From: a virus
Strand: one strand, 5' to 3'
Length of the DNA stretch: 64,000 nucleotides
Virus record (IMG/VR): IMGVR_UViG_3300036792_000198
Location: 1-64,000 of that record
The notes beneath the pieces were generated by a model. It saw only the letters and a program-made list of their open reading frames with translations. It did not search any database and was not told where the DNA came from. The position numbers were made by a program, and so were the translations under genes. How positions within the stretch are numbered: position 1 is the stretch's first letter; the number at the start of each line of letters is the position of its first letter. Shown here in pieces: positions 8,046 to 14,683 of this stretch.

Positions 8046-8243
8046 ATGGCGACAACACGGGGCACCGGGACCGTTCCGGTCGGGTCGAAGGTCAGCGACG
8101 AGGAGCACGAGGTGCTGCGCTGGCTGGCGTACCACCAGAAAACGACGGTCTCCGCCATCGTCGCCCGCTACGTCAGCGAGGGACTGGAGCGGGAGCACGC
8201 CCTGCAGCGGTTCAACGTGTCACAGCACGGCGGCACCCGGTGA
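8046..8243 (+). CDS. ribbon-helix-helix (CopG/Arc-like) DNA-binding protein
   Basis: KVSDEEHEVLRWLAYHQKTTVSAIVARYVSEGLERE fits the beta-strand/helix/helix pattern of RHH proteins. Confidence 0.55.
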   Translation: MATTRGTGTVPVGSKVSDEEHEVLRWLAYHQKTTVSAIVARYVSEGLEREHALQRFNVSQHGGTR

Positions 8244-8410
8244 TCACCCCGCCCGAAGACGGGTTCGCCACTGCCACCGACAGCGAGGTGCAGGCGGCCA
8301 TCAACGCCCCCCTGGTGCCCGGCGAGGCCCGGGTAATGTACTGCGGCACCTGCGGCGCAGAGCACGGGGACGACGGCAGCCTGCCCCAGGAAGAGGCCGA
8401 GCGGCCATGA
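8240..8410 (+). CDS. small hypothetical protein (56 aa, below the track cutoff)
   Basis: GTGA overlap with the upstream stop and ATGA overlap with the downstream start. I translated 57 codons by hand with no internal stop. GC3 is high. Contains CGTCG. Confidence 0.4.
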   Translation: MITPPEDGFATATDSEVQAAINAPLVPGEARVMYCGTCGAEHGDDGSLPQEEAERP

Positions 8411-8649
8411 TCTGCGCCCGCCCTGGCTGCGGGACCGTGTTCTGCTCGGACCGCGACTACGTCCCTGGGCGGGAGCAGGCAAAGCTGTACTGCAGCTCTG
8501 GCTGCAAGCGGCGGGCGGCTCCCGTCATGGGGACAAATGAAGCTGCGACAGCAGGAACGCCGCGCCGGCGTCGGCGCCCCTCTGTGCCGCCTGCGGAACA
8601 AGGGCACTTACCTGGACGAAGTGGAGGCTGTAGCTGCCGTCGCCGCTAA
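8407..8649 (+). CDS. zinc-ribbon-like small protein; 3' third looks non-coding
   Basis: The N-terminus reads CARPGCGTVF...LYCSSGCKRR. After about 8530 the GC3 of this frame drops, and the ORF overlaps 8537..8803 by 113 nt. Confidence 0.4.
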   Translation: MICARPGCGTVFCSDRDYVPGREQAKLYCSSGCKRRAAPVMGTNEAATAGTPRRRRRPSVPPAEQGHLPGRSGGCSCRRR

Positions 8650-8803
8650 AAGCGCCGCCTACGGGCGCCCGCTGTGGCCGTATGAGTGCGACAAGTGCGG
8701 TTCCTGGCACCTGACAAGCCACCGGCGCGGGCGGGCGCTTCCGGTACCGGATGTAGCCGCGATGGCCGCGCTCCTAGCCGGGAAGCTGAATACAAGACCG
8801 TGA
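8537..8803 (+). CDS. small zinc-ribbon protein (YECDKCGSWHLTS type)
   Basis: ATG is preceded by gggga. The C-terminal motif YECDKCGSWHLTS recurs in small actinophage proteins, from memory. Confidence 0.55.
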   Translation: MKLRQQERRAGVGAPLCRLRNKGTYLDEVEAVAAVAAKSAAYGRPLWPYECDKCGSWHLTSHRRGRALPVPDVAAMAALLAGKLNTRP

Positions 8804-8846
8804 GAGGCCGCTCCTGTATCGTTGCCTAGGTCGCGCCCGCGCATCA

Positions 8847-8866
8847 GCACACGCATCTGCGTGTGC
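8847..8866. promoter_or_regulatory. near-perfect 20 bp palindrome GCACACGCA-TC-TGCGTGTGC
   Basis: Read directly in the gap just upstream of the first structural ORF. Confidence 0.4.
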
Positions 8867-8897
8867 ATGAGCAGCGGGCGGGAGGTGATGCAGGAAG

Positions 8898-9068
8898 ATG
8901 GCACCTCCTACCGGCACTGCCCAGGTAATCGACTTCCCGGACCTCCCGCCGAAGGGCTCAAAGGGCCCAGGCGGCAAGCGCGCCCTGATGGGCCCCGAGA
9001 TCGGAACTCAGTTTGACTACGGGCAGCGGCTGTTCGCCTACTACGGCGAAGGTGACGTCTTCTTAACG
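8898..9068 (+). CDS. probable displaced N-terminal segment of the portal gene
   Basis: This is the 5' part of track ORF 8898..9170. GC3 is good up to about 9065 and then drops, while the portal frame (+1) opens at 9067 with high GC3. GPEIGTQFDYGQRLFAYYGEGD resembles portal N-termini. Confidence 0.45.
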
Positions 9069-9099
9069 GGTCGACTACGGTTCGTGGACGTCCCGGGAC

Positions 9100-10500
9100 A
9101 TGAAGACGATGTTCAGCCGGAACGGCACCGCCGCCGCTGTCGAGGCGGTGTTGACGCTGCCGATCCGTGAGGCCGATTTCACGATCGAGGCGGGGAAGGG
9201 CGATAAGGGGGAGCACGACTTCATTCAGTCGGTGCTGATGACGCCGGATACCGAGGGCGGCATGCGGACCCCGATCACGGAGCTGATCGGGCAGGTGACC
9301 TCGGCGCAGATTTACCGGCGGGCGTTCTTCGAAAAAACTTTCAAAATTCGGCAGCTAGACGGCCGGATCATTTACGACAAGGTGGCGTTCCGGCCGCCGG
9401 CGACGTGCCAGGCCCGGTACAACGACCGCACTGCCGAGGCGAACGGTTTCAGGCAGCAGGTCTGGCTGTTCGGCGGGAACCTGATGCTGAACCGGGCGCA
9501 GAAGGTCCCGGGCTACGTCGACATCCCGAAAATCCGCTCGTACATTTACACGCACGGTAAGTACCGGGAGCCGCTGACCGGCGTGTCCGAGATGGAAGTG
9601 TGCTTCTGGTGCCACCAGACGCAGATGAAGCTGCTGTTCCTCTGGTACGAGTTCCTGGAGAACATGGCGCTGCAGCGGATCATCGCCTACGGCAACGACC
9701 AGCCTGAGGCAACCCAGCGGGCTGAGGACATCGCCCAGCTGCGCGGCAGCGGCGTCGTCGGATTGGTGCACCCGATTGACGGCCAGAAGGCATTCGAGGC
9801 GATCCCCCCCGGTGAGAACGCCGGACAGTTCTTCTCCGAGGCGATGTCGTTCCTCGCGTCCTGGCAGACGTCCAGCGTCCTGTCCGGGTTCCTCGGCCTG
9901 ACCAGCTCCGCGACCGGCGGGCGCGGCGCCTACAGCTTGTCCCAGGACCAGTCCGACTTTTACCTGAAGTCGCGGCAGGGTGTCGCCAAGGAGATCGCCG
10001 ACTCCGTCAGCTACGACATCGTCCGGCCGCTGATCCTGCTGAACTTCGGGTCCGGCGCGGCGTTCCCGCAGGCCAAGTTCGGGCCCCTCCAGGACGAGCA
10101 GGCGCAGGCGCTGCTGACCATGTTCGGGCAGCTGTCCGCCGCCCCGGTCCTCCACGTCCCGTTGCAGGTGTTCGACCTGATCACCGAGCGGATGGCGTCG
10201 ATCCTGCAGCTTGACGTCGACCAGGTCCACGAGGCGCTGGTGTCGACCGCAAGTCAGCGGGCCGAGCAGCTGGCCGGCAACCCGCCGCCCGGCATGCCGC
10301 CGGAGGCCGCCGCGTCCCTCGGGCAGCTGCAGGGCCTCGCCACGGCGGGCACCGCCATCGCCCAGGCCGCCGCGAACCGCCCCGGCGGGGCACCAGGGCT
10401 GCGCCCGGTGCCGCCGCAGCTCGGCAACGCCGCTGCCGGCCCGCCGAGGCCGCCGCAGAACGCGCCGGTAGCCGGGGGCCTGCCGGGGGCGTCCCAGTGA
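9100..10500 (+). CDS. portal protein (Mu gp29-like by context)
   Basis: 466 aa ORF at the head of the structural module, followed downstream by a MuF homolog. Portal-like segments include MFSRNGTAAAVEAVLTLPIREADFTIEA and a Pro/Ala-rich C-terminus. The frame is already open and coding-like from 9067. Confidence 0.8.
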   Translation: MKTMFSRNGTAAAVEAVLTLPIREADFTIEAGKGDKGEHDFIQSVLMTPDTEGGMRTPITELIGQVTSAQIYRRAFFEKTFKIRQLDGRIIYDKVAFRPPATCQARYNDRTAEANGFRQQVWLFGGNLMLNRAQKVPGYVDIPKIRSYIYTHGKYREPLTGVSEMEVCFWCHQTQMKLLFLWYEFLENMALQRIIAYGNDQPEATQRAEDIAQLRGSGVVGLVHPIDGQKAFEAIPPGENAGQFFSEAMSFLASWQTSSVLSGFLGLTSSATGGRGAYSLSQDQSDFYLKSRQGVAKEIADSVSYDIVRPLILLNFGSGAAFPQAKFGPLQDEQAQALLTMFGQLSAAPVLHVPLQVFDLITERMASILQLDVDQVHEALVSTASQRAEQLAGNPPPGMPPEAAASLGQLQGLATAGTAIAQAAANRPGGAPGLRPVPPQLGNAAAGPPRPPQNAPVAGGLPGASQ

Positions 10501-10510
10501 CCCGCGACAC

Positions 10511-10756
10511 GTGGACGAGGAAGCAGGCGTGAGCCGCAACCCCCTGACTCCCCTTGTCCGGTACCGCATGACGGAAACCGGGGAGAAGTACACGACCGCG
10601 CTCCGCGCGGTCCAGGGCGATCTCGCCGAACGCCGCCGACTGCGGGGCATCCTCCGGAAACTGGAAACCCGGCGCCGCTACCCGTTCACCAACCGTGACG
10701 GCCTTGACCGGCGGCACGTCCTCAGCGCATGGGAGACGCAGCGCCGTGCACACTGA
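10511..10756 (+). CDS. hypothetical protein (81 aa)
   Basis: Track ORF with a GTG start. Confidence 0.45.
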   Translation: MDEEAGVSRNPLTPLVRYRMTETGEKYTTALRAVQGDLAERRRLRGILRKLETRRRYPFTNRDGLDRRHVLSAWETQRRAH

Positions 10757-10847
10757 CCCGGGCACGCCGAAGACGCCTGGCTGGCGCAGGATCGTCATCC
10801 TCGCGGTCCTGCTGCTGATCGTCTACATCCTCATGCGGATGACCTGA
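10746..10847 (+). CDS. possible 33 aa single-pass membrane peptide
   Basis: Hand translation gives VHTDPGTPKTPGWRRIVILAVLLLIVYILMRMT. GC3 is high. Below the track cutoff. Confidence 0.3.
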   Translation: MHTDPGTPKTPGWRRIVILAVLLLIVYILMRMT

Positions 10848-10853
10848 TAGCCC

Positions 10854-11531
10854 GTGGTCAGCGTCTGGAACGTCCTGTCCGTGGTGATCGCCGGGCTGGG
10901 AGTGCTGATCGCCGGCGTCGCGATGCGGAACGCCAGGAACAAGGAACGCGTCACCGGGCTGGTGGAGGAGCAGCGGCGCCTCGACGCGCAGGAAACCGGG
11001 CTGCGGCTGGCCCGGGAGGAAATCCAGCGCATTGACCAGCGGGCCAGCTCCGCACTGGACGCGGCCCTGGCCCGGGTCGCCGACCTGGAAGCCGGCAGCC
11101 GGGTGCTGTCCGATGAGCTTCACCGCATCGACACCCGGGAAAGCTCGCAGGTCGCCGGGATGGCGGAGAAGCTGGTCCTGCTGGAAAAGGGGCAGGAGAA
11201 GAACGACCGGGCCGTCCGCGACCTGGCCGACCTTGAGGGCCGGGTGGGGGTCCTCGACAAGCAGATCGAGGTTTTCTGGAGAAACGTGGCGATCGACGTG
11301 TCGAAGATCCTGCACTCCCCCCATGAGGGCTGGGAAGAACTAGACGCCCTGCTGGACAAGCTGAGGGCCAGCCTCGACGAGGACGGGCCTGAGCTGAGCC
11401 AGCAGGAGATGAGCACCCTGGAAGGACGACTGACCGACATGGTGGAGGGCAACTGGGAAGCAGAGGCGACCCGGACGGACAGGGCGCTCGCGAGCTGGAT
11501 GCTGCGGGCCATCCAGCAGTCAGGAATGTGA
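10854..11531 (+). CDS. N-terminally anchored coiled-coil membrane protein
   Basis: The N-terminus VWNVLSVVIAGLGVLIAGVAM is hydrophobic. It is followed by long heptad-like, charged sequence. Confidence 0.6.
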   Translation: MVSVWNVLSVVIAGLGVLIAGVAMRNARNKERVTGLVEEQRRLDAQETGLRLAREEIQRIDQRASSALDAALARVADLEAGSRVLSDELHRIDTRESSQVAGMAEKLVLLEKGQEKNDRAVRDLADLEGRVGVLDKQIEVFWRNVAIDVSKILHSPHEGWEELDALLDKLRASLDEDGPELSQQEMSTLEGRLTDMVEGNWEAEATRTDRALASWMLRAIQQSGM

Positions 11532-11537
11532 GGGGAC

Positions 11538-11918
11538 ATGCGCTGGCGGAGGGGACACCGGAAGGCGGAGGCAACGGGCGCCGGGGCACACAAGCTCCAG
11601 GTCACGGTGGCGCAGATGATGGGCATCAGGAGGCTGGTCCGCTGGCAGCTCGCGCTCACGGTCACCGCTGTCCTCGTCGTGGCATTCGCCGTGTACCTGT
11701 TCATCCGGCAGCATGACAACGCGGTCAGCAACTGCGAGGCCGGCAACAGGGTAAAGGCGCAGGCCGAGCAGCTGTGGTTCACGCTGTTCAACCTCGCGGC
11801 GAAGGACTCCACCACGAAGCCGACCCCGGAGGCCGTGAAGCTGACAGCGGTGTTCCTCGCCGACGTTAAGTCCACCTACGCGGCCGTCAACTGCACAGCC
11901 CAGTACCCGTTCTGGTGA
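11538..11918 (+). CDS. membrane-anchored hypothetical protein
   Basis: Contains the TM segment LALTVTAVLVVAFAVYLFI. Confidence 0.55.
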   Translation: MRWRRGHRKAEATGAGAHKLQVTVAQMMGIRRLVRWQLALTVTAVLVVAFAVYLFIRQHDNAVSNCEAGNRVKAQAEQLWFTLFNLAAKDSTTKPTPEAVKLTAVFLADVKSTYAAVNCTAQYPFW

Positions 11919-11991
11919 CCTGCGCGAGCCCCGCCGGCTGGCGTATCGTAGCGGCAGCGCCCGCAGTTCCTTCAGCACACTCAAGGGCGGG

Positions 11992-12522
11992 GTGAGCACT
12001 GTGGGCGACCCAGGCACGATGACGGAGCCTAACCCTCATTACGAGGGAAACGTGATGAGGCAGGTTGCCCCGTACCCTGACATCCTCGCGGACCTGGTCA
12101 AGCGCCTCCGCTACCGGCGGCACATGGGCTGGGAAGTATGGCTCGACGACGACCTGCAACGGGACAAGCCAGGCCGTCACAGCGGCGAGTCACGCGGCAT
12201 GACACTGGTCGTGCAGCGCTGCGGGCCCAACACCTACCATCCTGAGCAGGTCATGGCGGTCAACCACTACTTTCCGGTACCGCCGGCGACCTACAACGAG
12301 GCATCGTGGCAGCGCTGGCTGTTTGACCGCCTCGGTGACGTTGACCTGCACGAGCGCATGGAGGACTTCGCGTTCGCCTATGCCGACGACCCGGGTGCCG
12401 CCGTGGTCCGCCCGCTGGCCCCCCAGCACGGGCCAGGTAACGACCCGTACCGCGTGTGCGAGTACGCCGAGGACGTGGCCCGCCGCACCTCGTTCCGGGG
12501 AGACGTCAGCCCGGGAGAGTAG
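11992..12522 (+). CDS. conserved hypothetical protein
   Basis: Track ORF. The start is uncertain (alternatives at 12019 or 12055). Confidence 0.6.
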   Translation: MSTVGDPGTMTEPNPHYEGNVMRQVAPYPDILADLVKRLRYRRHMGWEVWLDDDLQRDKPGRHSGESRGMTLVVQRCGPNTYHPEQVMAVNHYFPVPPATYNEASWQRWLFDRLGDVDLHERMEDFAFAYADDPGAAVVRPLAPQHGPGNDPYRVCEYAEDVARRTSFRGDVSPGE

Positions 12523-12527
12523 AAGCG

Positions 12528-12535
12528 CACTAGTG
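12528..12535. promoter_or_regulatory. CACTAGTG palindrome (copy 2 of 3)
   Basis: Lies in the 31 nt gap between 12522 and 12554, directly before a gagggggg Shine-Dalgarno-like run. Confidence 0.35.
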
Positions 12536-12553
12536 AGGGGGGCTGCCGCACCA

Positions 12554-12712
12554 GTGATCACCAACGACGCGGTATTCGACGCGATCTCCGACGTCACCGA
12601 CGAGATGCAGCGCATGAGGCAGATGCTGGTCGCACTGTGCGTCAAGAACGGCATCGACCCGGACCAGGTGCAGCGCCTGCCCGGCGAGGGAAAGCACCCG
12701 GAGCAGATGTGA
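12554..12712 (+). CDS. small hypothetical protein (52 aa)
   Basis: GTG at 12554 in the frame of track ORF 12323..12712. A gagggggg run lies about 10 nt upstream. Confidence 0.45.
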   Translation: MITNDAVFDAISDVTDEMQRMRQMLVALCVKNGIDPDQVQRLPGEGKHPEQM

Positions 12713-12975
12713 GTGAAGCGCCTGCGCCACTTGGCCACGTCATCTTCGCTGGCCGCCGGTTCCCGGTCACCAGCGTCCGGCTGGCCGGCGGCGCCATCCA
12801 GATCACCTGGGAGATCCACGGGCCAGACGAGGGCGGCACCGCCCCCGTCACGTTCTTCGGTGAAGACGGCCTCGGCATCGCCCAGGTCGACGAGACCACC
12901 CTGCCTGAGGTTCCCGGCCCGGACAGGATCGTGCTGCGGAACGCGTGGGTGGTGGCGGGGATGAGCGAGGAATGA
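12709..12975 (+). CDS. hypothetical protein (88 aa)
   Basis: GTG at 12709 overlaps the upstream ATG-TGA, in the frame of track ORF 12637..12975. Confidence 0.55.
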   Translation: MSEAPAPLGHVIFAGRRFPVTSVRLAGGAIQITWEIHGPDEGGTAPVTFFGEDGLGIAQVDETTLPEVPGPDRIVLRNAWVVAGMSEE

Positions 12976-13256
12976 CCGGACTCTGGACCCGCGCGGTCTG
13001 CTCAGAACCTGGCGCTGCCCCGGCTCCCGGGCACGCAGCGCAGGACGCGGTACCCCGCTGCGCGCACTGCCTCGACGAGGGGCACGTCTGCGAGGACCAC
13101 CCCGGATACCCGTGGGAGGGGATCTGGGGCACGGTCGAAGGCCATGCGGGGCACGGTGCCCCGGGCATGCCATGCCCCGCCTGCTGCTCGCCGGTCCCGG
13201 CTGACGGCACCCGCCGGACAGCCGAGGCATTCACCCCCGACTGGAGGCGCAGGTGA
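12972..13256 (+). CDS. Cys/His-rich hypothetical protein
   Basis: ATGA overlap with the upstream stop. Contains RCAHCLDEGHVCEDHPGYPWEG...CPACC. Confidence 0.55.
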   Translation: MTGLWTRAVCSEPGAAPAPGHAAQDAVPRCAHCLDEGHVCEDHPGYPWEGIWGTVEGHAGHGAPGMPCPACCSPVPADGTRRTAEAFTPDWRRR

Positions 13257-13933
13257 CCACCCCGGCACAGCAGCAGCCCGCACCCCAGCAGGACAACCTG
13301 GACGATCCCGCCCTGGCTGTTGCCGTTGCGTCCGCCATCGTCGGCGTGGGCGCGGCGGCGGTCACGGTCGGCGCCGCCGTCGCCACGATCAAGGCCAGCT
13401 CAGCCCTGTCGACGGCCGCCGCCGGCGCCCTGACGGCGGTCCTCGCGTTCGTCACCGAACGGCCGCCTGCCGTCACCGGCGTCATCGGCGCCGCTTCAGA
13501 GCAGGCCAGCAGGCAGAACCTGGCCCGCCGCGCCCAGTTCGTGATCGCCGCGACCGGCCGGGTCCTGGGTGCCGCCCGGAACGCCAGGGCGAAGGGCCAG
13601 CCGGCCGGCGGCGCGGTGCGCGCCCAGCTGGAACGAGAGCGCCGGTTCTACGGGATGCACCAGCAGGCCATGTGGAACCGGGCCACGGCAGCGGGCAAGG
13701 CGGACATGGCGGCGGCCGAGCACGGGCCGCTGCTCGGCTGGAACACCGTCATCGACGGGCGCACGTCACCCGAGTGCCGGGCTGCGGACGGCAAGAACTT
13801 CCGGGTCACCGCGATGCCGCTGATTGGCTTCCCGGGTGCGGTGCACCCGCACTGCCGTTGCTTTCCTGGGCCACCGCATCCAGGGGGACATCTGCTGCCC
13901 AGCCGGAACCCGGTATTCACGAGGGCAGCATGA
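13253..13933 (+). CDS. MuF / SPP1 gp7-like head morphogenesis protein (short, stand-alone)
   Basis: GWNTVIDGRTSPECRAADGKNFRV...AVHPHCRCFPGP matches the conserved D.RT...C..L.G......HP.CRC core of the MuF family. Confidence 0.8.
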   Translation: MTTPAQQQPAPQQDNLDDPALAVAVASAIVGVGAAAVTVGAAVATIKASSALSTAAAGALTAVLAFVTERPPAVTGVIGAASEQASRQNLARRAQFVIAATGRVLGAARNARAKGQPAGGAVRAQLERERRFYGMHQQAMWNRATAAGKADMAAAEHGPLLGWNTVIDGRTSPECRAADGKNFRVTAMPLIGFPGAVHPHCRCFPGPPHPGGHLLPSRNPVFTRAA

Positions 13934-14145
13934 GCTGGCGCGACCTGGAGTCACCGCCCGGAGGTGACTGGTACGAGATGGAACAGCCGAACGTGCTGGA
14001 ATCCGGCGGCGGACTGGGACAGCCCGTGGCCAACGTGGTGACGGTCACCTTCACCGACCACACGTCGCGAGAGTGGTTCGCCGAGTGGCTGCGCTCCAAG
14101 CACAGCTGGGAGGCGTTCAAGGCGTGGACGACAACGAGAACATGA
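13930..14145 (+). CDS. hypothetical protein (71 aa)
   Basis: ATGA overlap with the upstream stop. This is the last 216 nt of track ORF 13144..14145. Confidence 0.55.
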   Translation: MSWRDLESPPGGDWYEMEQPNVLESGGGLGQPVANVVTVTFTDHTSREWFAEWLRSKHSWEAFKAWTTTRT

Positions 14146-14387
14146 TCAGCAATCACGAGTACCGGCGCAACGGGCTCGGCGCCATGGACGACAACGGCGA
14201 GATGCCCTGCGGTCAGTGCAGGCTCCCGCGAGGCTCGCATACCAGGCCCGGCCTGGAGCCGTCCTCGCGCTGGCCGGACGGCAAGCCGGTCACCCCGTGG
14301 GCTGACCCGTGGCATGACGTTGCCGGGGACCTGCGCGATGCCCTGGCGGCGCTCAGGGAAGGCGACCAGGATGCGTTACTGGGATGA
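14142..14387 (+). CDS. hypothetical protein (81 aa)
   Basis: ATGA overlap with the upstream stop, in the frame of track ORF 14073..14387. Confidence 0.5.
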   Translation: MISNHEYRRNGLGAMDDNGEMPCGQCRLPRGSHTRPGLEPSSRWPDGKPVTPWADPWHDVAGDLRDALAALREGDQDALLG

Positions 14388-14583
14388 GTTCTGGCCGCTG
14401 GTCCTGTCGATCGGCTTCCTCGCAGGGGTGGCCGGGAACCTGGCCGCGTCGCTGCTGTGGGGGCTGCCCGCGTTCATCCAGCTGCACAAGAAGCTGAACC
14501 GGCAGCATGACGAGCGGATGCGGCAGGCTGAACGGCACCACAAGGCGGTCCTGGCGGTGCTCAGCGGGCGGCGCCACGCGTAA
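14371..14583 (+). CDS. small membrane protein
   Basis: ATG at 14371 in the frame of track ORF 14314..14583. Contains the TM segment FWPLVLSIGFLAGVAGNLAASLLWGLPAFI. Confidence 0.5.
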   Translation: MRYWDEFWPLVLSIGFLAGVAGNLAASLLWGLPAFIQLHKKLNRQHDERMRQAERHHKAVLAVLSGRRHA

Positions 14584-14683
14584 CCGGGGCGATCATTGAT
14601 GCGCCCGGCCGTCCCGGCTGGCACACTGAAGGCGGGCTGCAGGAGATCTCAGGTGCCGTCAACCGGCGGGGAGGCCAGCAGCC

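Noticed and set aside
9355-10650. 431 aa minus-strand ORF antisense to the portal gene.
   Set aside because: Arg/Gly/Pro-rich nonsense-like composition. The portal frame on the + strand is clearly the coding one.
13144-13929. 5' 786 nt of the long track ORF 13144..14145.
   Set aside because: This part is an Arg/Gly-rich off-frame reading across the MuF gene. Only the last 216 nt (13930..14145), starting at an ATGA junction, look coding.
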